The position numbers were made by a program, and so were the translations under genes. Shown here piece after piece: positions 8,700 to 17,979 of a stretch of 64,000 nucleotides of DNA. Each line of letters begins with the position of its first letter. Within the stretch, counting starts at the first letter, position 1. This DNA comes from a virus (lineage: Duplodnaviria > Heunggongvirae > Uroviricota > Caudoviricetes), in the IMG/VR virus record IMGVR_UViG_2910903598_000005, positions 69,058-133,057 of that record; one strand, written 5' to 3'. The notes beneath the pieces were generated by a model that was not told the DNA's origin, did not search any database, and worked only from the letters and a program-made list of their open reading frames with translations.

Positions 8700-8954
8700 A
8701 TGAGTCGTAGAACGACAATGACAGCATTAGCGTGCCACGTAGAACGAAAGTATAATACTTTATACTTCACAGAAAATCCTCCGAACGCTGGAATTGATGA
8801 TAGCTTGCATGGATATAGATATTTCTTATTATATAAGAATACGTTCGGAATTTTTCGGAAATATAGAACGCAAGAAGAAGCAATTAACGGCATGACGGAA
8901 ATTTTAAGAGAAGATCCAACTAATCTATTCAATTTCTCTATGTGTCGTGCATAG
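8700..8954 (+). CDS. hypothetical protein
   Basis: ATG after AGGTGGAAAGA. Confidence 0.5.
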   Translation: MSRRTTMTALACHVERKYNTLYFTENPPNAGIDDSLHGYRYFLLYKNTFGIFRKYRTQEEAINGMTEILREDPTNLFNFSMCRA

Positions 8955-9250
8955 CTTATTACATAGCCAATTAAAGGCTTTTACTGTCTGTAATGAAGCA
9001 GACTACACCTTAACGGAAAGACTCGACTATTGAAGCTAATAGTTACGTTAAACGAACGGAATGACTGTACTATTGATTGCTAGTAGTGACGTATTGGAAC
9101 GGAAAAACGGTGGCGTATGGTAGATAAAAGAGTGCTTTTATCGGTGGGTTCAATTTCCACTCCGCCACTTCACACGATGGAAATTATCGTGTATAATATA
9201 AGAGAACAGTTAACTTAAAATCTGACCGCAAGGCAGTCAGTTCCTAAAAA
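8955..9250 (+). ncRNA. Structured intergenic region or possible small RNA, with an extended -10 promoter for the next gene
   Basis: Several stem-loops: CTATTgaagctAATAG, GATAAAAGagtgCTTTTATC (9123-9142), CTGACcgcaaggcaGTCAG. A TGTATAAT extended -10 at about 9191-9199. Confidence 0.25.
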
Positions 9251-9264
9251 GGATGGTGGAAATT

Positions 9265-10017
9265 ATGAAGTACAAAGAACTTATTATGACAGAACAATCT
9301 ACTGGAAAGAAAACGGTGCTTTATGAGAATGAAGAGTTCAAGAACTTTGATTATCTAAGTAATCTTATGATGAAGTATGGGTATAGCGAGAATGATTATG
9401 AAAACCTTAATGATGATATTATGAGTGGAATTGATCACTTTGATGTTATGGAATATGGAAACACAATCGAAACACTTTTATTTGAATATATTAAATATCC
9501 TGAGTGCTTTGAGATCCATAAGATTCCTGAAATGCCTGATGGATTTACAAAAATCACTTATCATGGTTATACAATCAAATTAAATCAATATAACTGTGAT
9601 TGGTACTACGGGAAGAGTTCTGACGGAAGTTTATGTGTGACAAGCACTAAGTACGATTGGAAAAAATACGACAAGATCAAGATACTAGTACAACGTGATT
9701 ATTACGGAAAATTTGAAGAAGAATGGTGGAATATTGTTGACGACAACGGAAATCTTATAGTAAAAATCATGGATGATGATATGGAAAAAGCTGTCGCAGA
9801 TATTAAAGATAATCGTGATCATGCAATGGATTTTGAAGATTGGCTATTATCAACCGATGCAGAAAAGTGGGACGTTGAATGGACTCAAGAAAATTATGAT
9901 AAAGATAGGGCAGATGAGATTATCAGAAATGCTTATAATGACTACCTTAATATGCACTGGAAATATTCATGGTTGGTTAGAATAGTAGCGGAAAATATGA
10001 TCAAGAAGGGAATGTAG
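9265..10017 (+). CDS. hypothetical protein (about 250 aa)
   Basis: ATG in context GGATGGTGGAAATTATG. Long ORF. Confidence 0.6.
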   Translation: MKYKELIMTEQSTGKKTVLYENEEFKNFDYLSNLMMKYGYSENDYENLNDDIMSGIDHFDVMEYGNTIETLLFEYIKYPECFEIHKIPEMPDGFTKITYHGYTIKLNQYNCDWYYGKSSDGSLCVTSTKYDWKKYDKIKILVQRDYYGKFEEEWWNIVDDNGNLIVKIMDDDMEKAVADIKDNRDHAMDFEDWLLSTDAEKWDVEWTQENYDKDRADEIIRNAYNDYLNMHWKYSWLVRIVAENMIKKGM

Positions 10018-10027
10018 GTGGTAAATT

Positions 10028-10306
10028 ATGTTTGATTATGAAAGAAAAGAATTTGAAAAGAATGTGGAAATTTTAATGGAAGATCGTTGTACACGAAAAG
10101 AAGCGGAACGATTGTTAAAAAATAGCACAGTAGTATATGAATTGAAAGATTTTACAGAACATTTTGGTCAGTTTATGGAAGATTGGCAAGAAGACAAGGA
10201 AGGAATTGAAGCATATAAGAAGATGCTTGAAACTAAAAAACCGATGAGTGGATATAGTTTTGTAGAATATAATGGAAAAGAATATTTGATTAATTATTGT
10301 TTATAG
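10028..10306 (+). CDS. hypothetical protein (92 aa)
   Basis: Ribosome-binding site GTAGGTGG. Confidence 0.5.
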   Translation: MFDYERKEFEKNVEILMEDRCTRKEAERLLKNSTVVYELKDFTEHFGQFMEDWQEDKEGIEAYKKMLETKKPMSGYSFVEYNGKEYLINYCL

Positions 10307-10341
10307 ACTAACGGAAAATTAAATAAAAACAAAGTAATCTA

Positions 10342-10371
10342 GGAAGATGCAGAAATGTATCTTCCTTTTTT
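10342..10371 (+). terminator. rho-independent terminator
   Basis: GGAAGATgcagaaatgtATCTTCC followed by TTTTTT. Confidence 0.7.
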
Positions 10372-10397
10372 GATGGAAAGAAACGAGGTAAGAACGA

Positions 10398-10685
10398 ATG
10401 AAAGTTAGTAAAGAAGAGTACGAAAGATTAGATTTTGAGGACTTTGTGGAAAAATTAAAACCACAATATGACACATTATGTAGCTTAGAAGATATGAAGA
10501 ACGCTTGCGTTGATGCAGTTAACGTGATGGAAGTTAGCCTTGCAATTCATATACTGGAACCGATTGAAGAGTACGGAGTGTGGTATTACGACTATGATCG
10601 AGAAAAGGGTATGCAGTATGTACCGCAACCACTATCACAAAAAGAAGATCTTGTGAAAGCTGGATACTTAGAACTGGTCGGATAA
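10398..10685 (+). CDS. hypothetical protein (95 aa)
   Basis: Ribosome-binding site AACGAGGTAAG. Confidence 0.5.
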   Translation: MKVSKEEYERLDFEDFVEKLKPQYDTLCSLEDMKNACVDAVNVMEVSLAIHILEPIEEYGVWYYDYDREKGMQYVPQPLSQKEDLVKAGYLELVG

Positions 10686-10727
10686 TAAAATGCAGATTTA
10701 ATTACTTTAAAATAATTAAAAAAGTTA

Positions 10728-10756
10728 TTGACGAGCAATTAAAAAAGTGATATTAT
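10728..10756 (+). promoter_or_regulatory. sigma70-like promoter (TTGACG, 17 nt, TATTAT)
   Basis: Read directly upstream of the RHH gene. Confidence 0.45.
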
Positions 10757-10778
10757 ATCATTGTAAGGAGTGAGAGAA

Positions 10779-10961
10779 ATGGCAAGAAAACCAATGTCGA
10801 TCCAAATCGAAGAAACCTTACAAGAAAGTTTTAAGCTGAAATGCAAGTGTAATTCATTAAAATATAGTGATGTTGCAGAAGCATTATTGCAGTCGTATGT
10901 TGATGGAAAAATTGACGTTCGAGTAGAAATGAAATACACTGTAACGCCTAAAACCTTGTAA
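10779..10961 (+). CDS. ribbon-helix-helix (CopG/Arc-like) DNA-binding protein
   Basis: MARKPMSIQIEETLQESFKLKCKCNSLKYSDVAEALLQSYVDG fits a beta-strand then two-helix RHH pattern. Ribosome-binding site AAGGAGTGAGAG. Confidence 0.5.
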   Translation: MARKPMSIQIEETLQESFKLKCKCNSLKYSDVAEALLQSYVDGKIDVRVEMKYTVTPKTL

Positions 10962-11258
10962 AACAAAAAAGGTGGCAAGCTGGAACTTACCACCAAAGAA
11001 TGTGTAAGATATCTTCCACGAATGGAAAGATATATACCCAATCCGAACAAATTGAGTATATATCAAATTATCAATTCTTTCAAGTGGAAATATTCATTTT
11101 CACATATTCCAATTTGTTTTAATAGCACATTGAGAATTGAATATCTTGTATTTAGTAGGTACCTGAGAACGGAAGCTACGAAAAGCCGAAACATCTAAAA
11201 GCTGTGAAGTATACAAGAGTGATGGAAATTATATTTTTACAGAAAGGACTTAGATAAG

Positions 11259-11972
11259 ATGGAAACAAACAGTATTAAGATCGGAGAAAATGATTTACAA
11301 GTCAAAGAATGGAATGGGCAGAGAGTTGTTACATTCAAAGATATTGACAGAGTTCATCAAAGACCTGACGGAACGGCAGGGAGAAACTTTAGAAAGAATA
11401 GAAATCATTTAATTGAGAACGAGGATTACTTTAAAGTTTGTCCCGACGAAATTCGTCGACACAACATCATGTATGTGTCAGAAAGATTACATCAAGATAT
11501 TGTGCTTTTAACAGAAAGTGGTTATCTGTTAATCGTGAAATCATTTACGGATGATCTTGCATGGGATGTGCAACGGAAATTAGTTAATACATATTTTAAG
11601 TTCAAAGAAACAATGGAAAACTTACAGCCTGTTGAGAATGGAATGGTTTTATCAACTGGAAAATTTGAAGAAGCTGTAGAGAGTATTGTATCTTGTGCAG
11701 ACACATTCAAATCTATGATTGATTATTCAACGATCAATTATAAGCAACAGCAGATTTTGCTTAAGACAGCCAGAATGAGAGTTGCGGATCTTTTAGGTGG
11801 TGCTAAATCACCTGAGTATAAGGAAAAGAGCCGAACATATTTTAAAAACTTATGGCAGAACTTTTGTTATAAGTTTGGATGTGGTTCTTATAAAGACCTT
11901 AATCCGCAATATATGGTTGGTGGAATTGCAGAGTTATGGATTTTACAATGGGAATATAAAGAACATAAGTAG
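11259..11972 (+). CDS. KilA-N/ORF6N-domain protein (Bro-like DNA-binding)
   Basis: WNGQRVVTFKDIDRVHQRPDGTAGRNFRKNRNHLIENEDYFKV matches the ORF6N/KilA-N N-terminal pattern. Confidence 0.55.
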   Translation: METNSIKIGENDLQVKEWNGQRVVTFKDIDRVHQRPDGTAGRNFRKNRNHLIENEDYFKVCPDEIRRHNIMYVSERLHQDIVLLTESGYLLIVKSFTDDLAWDVQRKLVNTYFKFKETMENLQPVENGMVLSTGKFEEAVESIVSCADTFKSMIDYSTINYKQQQILLKTARMRVADLLGGAKSPEYKEKSRTYFKNLWQNFCYKFGCGSYKDLNPQYMVGGIAELWILQWEYKEHK

Positions 11973-12002
11973 AATCGGAAACAATTAAATAAAAATACTT
12001 AG

Positions 12003-12034
12003 AAAGCGATATCTATTATAGGTATCGCTTTTTG
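12003..12034 (+). terminator. rho-independent terminator
   Basis: AAAGCGATAtctattataggTATCGCTTT followed by TTG. Confidence 0.6.
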
Positions 12035-12076
12035 AGTTAAAAGAAAAGTTTTATCACAGAACAGGAGTGAGAGATT

Positions 12077-12271
12077 ATGAATACAGAAACAAAACAGGAA
12101 ATTATCGGAATCGTTATGTGTCACGGAGAGAATGATTATGGATACTGGGGAGGATTTTCTCTAACAGAGGAAGAAGAAGAACAGATTTACGAGATCCTGA
12201 TGCGACATGATACAGAAGGATGCTCTATTAGAGGCACAAGAAATGACATTGCAAACGAGATTAGGGAATAG
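12077..12271 (+). CDS. hypothetical protein (64 aa)
   Basis: Ribosome-binding site CAGGAGTGAGAG. Confidence 0.5.
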   Translation: MNTETKQEIIGIVMCHGENDYGYWGGFSLTEEEEEQIYEILMRHDTEGCSIRGTRNDIANEIRE

Positions 12272-12285
12272 GAGATTGATTAGTT

Positions 12286-12537
12286 ATGGAAAATAACGAA
12301 GTAAAAAGAATTGCAAACATCTTATTCAATATGTCTTTGGGAATGGACTATGACACGTTCGTAGATGATTGTAAAGAAGATATGAAAATGTTAACTGAAA
12401 GCATTGGAAATTTATCTAAGGCAATCGGAAAATTGTCTAAAGCGGATGATTCTCTGTTTTATGTATTGCAGAATATTGCAGATAACAACGCAGATATGGA
12501 AAATAGATTGGTCAATGCAGATGGATCTATTAATTAA
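12286..12537 (+). CDS. hypothetical protein (83 aa)
   Basis: Ribosome-binding site TAGGAGATTG. Confidence 0.5.
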   Translation: MENNEVKRIANILFNMSLGMDYDTFVDDCKEDMKMLTESIGNLSKAIGKLSKADDSLFYVLQNIADNNADMENRLVNADGSIN

Positions 12538-12590
12538 TAGAATGTCAATTTTATTAAAATAATATTGTGTAAAAAGTGTGTAAAATATTA

Positions 12591-12618
12591 TTGACAGTGT
12601 GTAGATATTGTGTATAAT
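12591..12618 (+). promoter_or_regulatory. Near-consensus sigma70 promoter for hicAB (TTGACA, 16 nt, TATAAT), preceded by the tandem TGTGTAAAA motif at 12565-12586
   Basis: TTGACA at 12591-12596, TATAAT at 12613-12618. Confidence 0.6.
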
Positions 12619-12643
12619 ATAAGTAAGTAAAGGAGACAATACA

Positions 12644-12817
12644 ATGAAGCAGAAAGATTTAATCAAGAAGCTCAAAGCAGGCGGATTTGTCTTTGACAGA
12701 CATGGCGGTAACCATGATATCTACATCAAAGGAAACAAAGTTGAATCAGTTCCACGGCACAAGGAAGTTGATGAAAGACTTGCTAAAGAGATTCTAAGAA
12801 GGAACGGGCTGTTATAA
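12644..12817 (+). CDS. hicA: HicA-family toxin (mRNA interferase)
   Basis: 57 aa: MKQKDLIKKLKAGGFVFDRHGGNHDIYIKGNKVESVPRHKEVDERLAKEILRRNGLL, with the HicA motif G.H....G....VP.H. Ribosome-binding site AAAGGAGA. Missing from the ORF track because it is shorter than 60 aa. Confidence 0.75.
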   Translation: MKQKDLIKKLKAGGFVFDRHGGNHDIYIKGNKVESVPRHKEVDERLAKEILRRNGLL

Positions 12818-12875
12818 TACAGCCTGCCCTTGGAAAATCTTGTTTGCAATCATATATAAGAATAGAGGTGAAAAT

Positions 12876-13310
12876 ATGAAAGCAGTATATCCTGTACTAT
12901 TTACAAAAACCGATGACGGAAAATATTTAATTGAGGCACCAGATTTAAATGTATTAACGGAAGGAAAAGATATGTCGGATGCTATTAAAATGGCACGAGA
13001 CGCAATGGAATTAACTTGTGTTTCTATGGAAGATAGAGAGGTGGAAATTCCTAAACCAACAAATATTACAGATATCGATATTGCGAAAAGCACATTTTTT
13101 GATGAAGGAGAAACTATTATTTCATTGGTTGATATTGATTCAACAGAATATCGAAGAAAAATTGATACAAAATCTGTAAGAAGAAATGTTGCATTACCTA
13201 GTTGGTTAAATTATGAAGCAGAACATTCTGGAATTAATGTTTCTAAAGTGTTACAAGATGCACTTATTCAAGTATTGAATGTTACTGATAGACCAAATTA
13301 TAATAAATAA
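12876..13310 (+). CDS. hicB: HicB-family antitoxin (N-terminal HicB/UPF0150 fold plus C-terminal RHH-like DNA-binding tail)
   Basis: MKAVYPVLFTKTDDGKYLIEAPDLNVLTEGKDMSDAIKMARDAMEL, plus C-terminal RRNVALPSWLNYEAEHSGINVSKVLQDAL. Ribosome-binding site AGAGGTG. Confidence 0.75.
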   Translation: MKAVYPVLFTKTDDGKYLIEAPDLNVLTEGKDMSDAIKMARDAMELTCVSMEDREVEIPKPTNITDIDIAKSTFFDEGETIISLVDIDSTEYRRKIDTKSVRRNVALPSWLNYEAEHSGINVSKVLQDALIQVLNVTDRPNYNK

Positions 13311-13338
13311 TATATATAAAAACGATTAATTTATTGTC

Positions 13339-13368
13339 AATAGGCACTTTTAATAGTGCCTATTTTTT
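13339..13368 (+). terminator. rho-independent terminator after hicB
   Basis: AATAGGCACTtttaatAGTGCCTATT followed by TTTT. Confidence 0.7.
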
Positions 13369-13387
13369 AGCAAAGGAGAGTAAAATT

Positions 13388-13558
13388 ATGCCATTGGTTT
13401 TATTATTAATAATTATATTTATCGTTCCAGAGGATAGTTTGGAATATATGTTAGGAGCTATCTTAGGTGGTGGCTATGGAATTTTAATGGTTATAGCATT
13501 TGTTGCTATTCTGTATGGAATTTATAAGTTCTTTTCCGATCTTTGGAACGGAAGATAG
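13388..13558 (+). CDS. small membrane protein (56 aa)
   Basis: Ribosome-binding site AAAGGAGAG. Hydrophobic protein MPLVLLLIIIFIV...GILMVIAFVAILYGI. Confidence 0.45.
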   Translation: MPLVLLLIIIFIVPEDSLEYMLGAILGGGYGILMVIAFVAILYGIYKFFSDLWNGR

Positions 13559-13719
13559 AATGGAAAATATCATTTGATATGAATCATTCTGACACACCAG
13601 AAATTGACGAACTAGAATTAGAGTGAATACAAATTAATATAGGTAACTAGGACACTTATGGAAAATTCCAGAGTGTCTTTTTTAATACAAATTTTTACAT
13701 AAGAAAGGTGGAATTGATT

Positions 13720-15072
13720 ATGAATTTAAACGAAATGGAAATTCCTTGCGATCCAATTTTGGATAAAGCAAAGAGAGATGAACTGGTACAGAACACAGAA
13801 CTTTTGAAACAGGTTACAATCAAGCCGATCCCGTGGCTTCCTGGACGAGATTATATTACTACAGAACAGGTAGCACGATTTTTTGATGGAGATGTTGACG
13901 AGGTTAAGAGATTGTGTACGAAGTATCGCAAAGAGTTTTTAGACGATGGAATGGAAGTTAAGACAATACAAGAAATCATTGACGGTCAGGACGCAACAAC
14001 GGAAAAACAGAAGGGAAGAATCATTGTAACGTATCCGAACGGATTGAATATCTCATTCGGCTATAAGGGTGCTAAGGTGTTTACTCTTAAATGTTTGATC
14101 AGATTGTCTTTACTGATGGAAACTTCAAGCCTTGCTGAGAACGTAAGACATTATGTTTTTATTAATGAGTACATCACGATGGAAGAGCAGAGAGAACAAG
14201 AGCAGGTAGAGGCAGGTGTGCAGCTTGTAGACACAACGGAAATTTTAGGTAGAAGAATTGACTTATACAGAAGCATTGAAGATCCGTTATTCTTGGCAAG
14301 AGATGTTGCAGAATGGATTGATTATAGTAAACGTCCTGATGGAAGTTATAAAACAGATATGATGTTACAGGCGATTGATTCAGAGGAAAAATATAAGACC
14401 AAAATCTTAACCGCCAATAATGTTGGCGGGTCAAATTTAGGTCAGATTGATTCTACGGGAAAGACTATTAATCCATTTTGGTTTCTGACAGAAGATGGAC
14501 TCTATGAAGTATGTATGCAGTCACGCAAACCGATTGCAAAGCAGATGAAGAAACAGATTAAAGAATATCTTAGAAACATTCGTAAGACAGGCGGTGCGGT
14601 TGACTTTGGAAAAGAGTCACAGTTCATTGAACACTACTTCCCGTCATTTTCTGAGGATGTCAAGCTTGCTATGGTAACCGATCTGCGAACACAAAACAAA
14701 GAACTCAAAGAAGAGAATCAGAAGTTACAGAATGATAATAAGCTATTAGCAGCGGAAATTTTGACGTGGGATGATCGCAATAAGATGAACGCTGGAATTA
14801 GGAAGTTGGCTGCCGTTACAGGAACACAATTCTCTGTTATGTGGAACGAGCTTTATAAGAACTTGCAATACAAATATCAGATTGATGTTAAGAAACGTGG
14901 TAAGAAACCATTTCTTCAGTGGATTCAAGAACATGAATGGGATAAGGTAATGAAAGTCTTTTGTGCAATGTGTGAAGCTAGAAACCTATCTCCAACAGAT
15001 ATGTTCCAACAGACAGCACCAGTGGAAAATTTATATGATAATGAAGATGAGGATGATGAAGTATGGAATTAA
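13720..15072 (+). CDS. Bro-N/KilA-N-domain protein (antirepressor-like), about 450 aa
   Basis: Contains ARDVAEWIDYS...EDGLYEVCMQSRKPIAKQMKKQIKEYLRNIRKTGG (Bro-N pattern) and an N-terminal ORF6N-like segment. ATG in context AAAGGTGGAATTGATTATG. Confidence 0.55.
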   Translation: MNLNEMEIPCDPILDKAKRDELVQNTELLKQVTIKPIPWLPGRDYITTEQVARFFDGDVDEVKRLCTKYRKEFLDDGMEVKTIQEIIDGQDATTEKQKGRIIVTYPNGLNISFGYKGAKVFTLKCLIRLSLLMETSSLAENVRHYVFINEYITMEEQREQEQVEAGVQLVDTTEILGRRIDLYRSIEDPLFLARDVAEWIDYSKRPDGSYKTDMMLQAIDSEEKYKTKILTANNVGGSNLGQIDSTGKTINPFWFLTEDGLYEVCMQSRKPIAKQMKKQIKEYLRNIRKTGGAVDFGKESQFIEHYFPSFSEDVKLAMVTDLRTQNKELKEENQKLQNDNKLLAAEILTWDDRNKMNAGIRKLAAVTGTQFSVMWNELYKNLQYKYQIDVKKRGKKPFLQWIQEHEWDKVMKVFCAMCEARNLSPTDMFQQTAPVENLYDNEDEDDEVWN

Positions 15073-15308
15073 AACAGATTATTCATTTCTTTGAACAGTT
15101 CTGCGGAATATCTTTTGTGTTATATGTGATTGTTTTCCTAGCTTGGTTATCGCTAAGAAAAATTGATCGTGAACATAATAAGGTATATTTAAGCAAATAT
15201 ATAGACGTATTAGAGGAAATATTAGAAGCTATTATGAAGCCTATGAAAGCAATTACGACATTATGGGTTATCGTAGCTTTCGGAATGCTTATTTATCAGC
15301 TGATTTAA
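15063..15308 (+). CDS. small membrane protein (81 aa)
   Basis: Two hydrophobic segments. Overlaps the upstream gene end. Confidence 0.4.
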   Translation: MELKQIIHFFEQFCGISFVLYVIVFLAWLSLRKIDREHNKVYLSKYIDVLEEILEAIMKPMKAITTLWVIVAFGMLIYQLI

Positions 15309-15328
15309 TTCCATATAATAATTTTGGC

Positions 15329-15359
15329 AAAGAACCGAACGGAAGGTTCTTTTTATTTT
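15329..15359 (+). terminator. rho-independent terminator
   Basis: AAAGAACCgaacggaaGGTTCTTT followed by TTATTTT. Confidence 0.65.
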
Positions 15360-15368
15360 ACGGAAATA

Positions 15369-15412
15369 TTTGACAGGAACCGATTTGGCAGGTCGGTTCT
15401 TTGTCAAATTTA
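15369..15412 (+). terminator. Second long imperfect inverted repeat (TTTGACAGGAACCGA / TCGGTTCTTTGTCAAA), forming a tandem terminator or regulatory hairpin
   Basis: Read directly. Followed by an A/T-rich stretch. Confidence 0.4.
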
Positions 15413-15630
15413 TTATACACAAACTAATGATTAACTAAACATAGAATTGTTAATAGGTAAGGTGTTGATTACATAGAGAGCTAATAGGAATAGAATAGGT
15501 TTCTATTAGGATTGGCACACTAATAGTTGGAATTAAATGTTGATTTTATTTCTATTGGTTTACGGAATACAGTTATACAAAAATAATGAGTGTAGAGAAA
15601 AATAAGACAGTTTAGAAAGGAAGATGAAGA

Positions 15631-16725
15631 ATGAACCTACAGTTAGTAAAAACGGAAAATTTTAACGATATATCGTGTGATTTTTATAGTGCTGAGGACG
15701 ATATTTGGATGACAAGAAAGCAGATCGGAGAGGCACTGGAATATGGAGATCCACAGAAAGCAATTGATAATTTGCACAATAGATATAGAGATAGACTGGA
15801 TAAATATTCAGTTACCCTCAAACTGGGGGCTACTGATAACAAGAAGTATGACACTACACTCTATAATGAACGTGGCGTGATGGAAATTTGTAGATGGAGC
15901 AGACAGCCAAAGGCAAACGCCTTCATGGATTGGGTTTGGGACGTGATTTCCTCTTATCGTCATGGAAATTTAAAAACAGGAACTCCTGTAACAACAGTAG
16001 AACAGTTTCTTACAGAACAGACAGAACTTATGAAGCAGATGGAAAAGAATAATGAACGTCTGTATAAAGTTACTATTAAGGGTTTCAATCAGTTAGCAGA
16101 CATTGTGAAAGAGATGAAAGCCGAACGGAAAGAATTGTATAAGCAGATCAGCAAACCAACAAAAGATATTCCAGTAGTAGATACTGAAAGTGTTATCGCA
16201 GAATATAAGCTCAATGAATGGAAGTCCAATGTCTATTCAATCATTGATGATATTCTAAAAGAATCTGATGAATTAGGGACTACTACAAGAGATATTCTCA
16301 GAGAAGCATACAGGTATCTTACTAACACATATGGAATTGTGTGGGAGCAGGATCGGAAAGAATACAAAGAGAAATATAATATCGGGGAAAGAGGTAATGT
16401 ACCAACGATTGATCTTTGCTATGACAAGTATCCTGATCTGCTAGTCAATTCATTGGAAAAACTTCTGCGACAGTTCAGGAAAGAAAATGCACAGCCTGAT
16501 TGGGAAGAAATGAAGATCAAAATTACCAATTATGCCAATCATATTGGAAATAAATCTAAAGGTGGAACGTCTGTTTATCGGAAAATCTACACTAAGATGA
16601 CAGAGAATGGAGTTAACTGGGATGAATATGCTCATGGCTTGTCTAAATCTCAGCTTATTAAAACTAATGCAACTTTGTACAACAGATTTTACGAAGCAGC
16701 GGTGGAAATTATTTCAGAAGAATAG
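15631..16725 (+). CDS. Bro-N/AntA-like antirepressor-family protein (364 aa)
   Basis: N-terminus NFNDISCDFYSAEDDIWMTRKQIGEALEYGDPQKAI...NERGVMEICRWSRQPKANAFMDWVWDVI matches the Bro-N pattern. Ribosome-binding site AAAGGAAG. Confidence 0.6.
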   Translation: MNLQLVKTENFNDISCDFYSAEDDIWMTRKQIGEALEYGDPQKAIDNLHNRYRDRLDKYSVTLKLGATDNKKYDTTLYNERGVMEICRWSRQPKANAFMDWVWDVISSYRHGNLKTGTPVTTVEQFLTEQTELMKQMEKNNERLYKVTIKGFNQLADIVKEMKAERKELYKQISKPTKDIPVVDTESVIAEYKLNEWKSNVYSIIDDILKESDELGTTTRDILREAYRYLTNTYGIVWEQDRKEYKEKYNIGERGNVPTIDLCYDKYPDLLVNSLEKLLRQFRKENAQPDWEEMKIKITNYANHIGNKSKGGTSVYRKIYTKMTENGVNWDEYAHGLSKSQLIKTNATLYNRFYEAAVEIISEE

Positions 16726-16742
16726 AGAGGTATGATATAATT

Positions 16743-17045
16743 ATGACACAAAACGAAAAAGGAGTTGTCTCAAAAATGAATAAATTGGAAAACCGAAAAG
16801 AAGAAGCTAAAGAATATAGGAAATTAGTTGATAAATGTTTAGCTTTAATGGATAAATACGTTGGAGTAACATTTGGAATTCCTGTATGGGTAGATCGTGG
16901 CTCTCATACACTAGAGTTTAAAAAGAATGGAACTGATGAATGGAGACTCCTAACAAAAGAAGAAGTGTCTAATATTATTGAAAAATATGAGATGTTAGAT
17001 TCTGTAGCAGCAAAGATTACAAAAGAAACTAATATGGGATATTGA
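16743..17045 (+). CDS. hypothetical protein (100 aa)
   Basis: Ribosome-binding site GAGAGGTATG. Confidence 0.5.
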   Translation: MTQNEKGVVSKMNKLENRKEEAKEYRKLVDKCLALMDKYVGVTFGIPVWVDRGSHTLEFKKNGTDEWRLLTKEEVSNIIEKYEMLDSVAAKITKETNMGY

Positions 17046-17083
17046 AATGAAACAAATATTCGATCAGAAGGAGTGATGGAAAA

Positions 17084-17440
17084 ATGAATATATTAACATT
17101 AAAAGGGAACGGAAAATCTAAATTTCTCAGTGATTTTATTGATAGTTCTCGATCAGAAAAATGTTTTGTAATCATATTTGAAGATGAAAATATTTCTCGC
17201 AGTCTGTTTTCAAGATGTGATAATTTTATTTTAGATGATTCGCAGAGCATTAAAGAGGAAATGGAAAAATATTTAGGAATTGTTGAGAATTGGAGTGACA
17301 AACTGGAATATTTAATAATATATAGTATAGATAAATCCGAAAAAGATATGATCAATTTGGATGTATATTATTTATTAAATCAGGTTAAAGATCAACCGTT
17401 CTTTAAAGAGCTAACTTGCATTGTAGCTTGTAAGAAATAA
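17084..17440 (+). CDS. hypothetical protein (118 aa)
   Basis: Ribosome-binding site GAAGGAGTG. Confidence 0.5.
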   Translation: MNILTLKGNGKSKFLSDFIDSSRSEKCFVIIFEDENISRSLFSRCDNFILDDSQSIKEEMEKYLGIVENWSDKLEYLIIYSIDKSEKDMINLDVYYLLNQVKDQPFFKELTCIVACKK

Positions 17441-17464
17441 AGGAATTAAAAAGGAGTGTTTAAA

Positions 17465-17959
17465 ATGGAAAAATCTAAAGCATATACATCAGAAAAACCA
17501 TATATGTGTGTTTATGAAACAAAAGAGGATGGAATTGGTTATGCGACATTTGACAACGAAGAGGCTTTAATGGAATTGTTAAATGAGTGCAGAGAAAACG
17601 GAGATAAGATTTTAGATGCCTGCAAGGTTGAGGATCGTTATGAATTCAAAGATGGAAAATTTGAGTCTAAATATCAAAGAATGTATGAATATGCAGTCAT
17701 TAAAGCGATCAAAGATAAGCATAAGGAATTATGTAATAAATTAAGAAAAGTAATTAATGAAAGGATCGCTATAGAAGAAAAACTAGCAGATACAAACATG
17801 CCGTATCAAAAATATATGCATTTATTGCGTGAGAAAGAGGATATTGAAAAAAAAGAAGAAAAGTTAAGTCAGAGGAAACAAATCGTAAGAGATATGTTAG
17901 ATGTCTGCTATGAAGCGGTATGGGAATGTGATGATCATATAGATAAAATGAAACTTTGA
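17465..17959 (+). CDS. hypothetical coiled-coil protein
   Basis: ATG after AAAAGGAGTG. The GTG at 17456 is an alternative start. Confidence 0.5.
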   Translation: MEKSKAYTSEKPYMCVYETKEDGIGYATFDNEEALMELLNECRENGDKILDACKVEDRYEFKDGKFESKYQRMYEYAVIKAIKDKHKELCNKLRKVINERIAIEEKLADTNMPYQKYMHLLREKEDIEKKEEKLSQRKQIVRDMLDVCYEAVWECDDHIDKMKL

Positions 17960-17979
17960 TAGAAAGGAAGAGGAAATAA

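Noticed and set aside
9773-9985. Internal or antisense ORFs overlapping confident genes (for example 9773-9985, 14174-14434, 19248-19661, 20656-21144, 21688-22002, 27912-28298, 53409-53858, 55660-56013)
   Set aside because: All lie within longer ORFs that have ribosome-binding sites and motifs. Minus-strand coding here would break the uniform + strand organisation.
10970-10995. Hairpin GGTGGcaagctggaacttaCCACC as the terminator of the RHH gene
   Set aside because: The T-run is on the opposite strand (it would terminate minus-strand transcription), and there is no credible minus-strand gene to its right. Function unclear.
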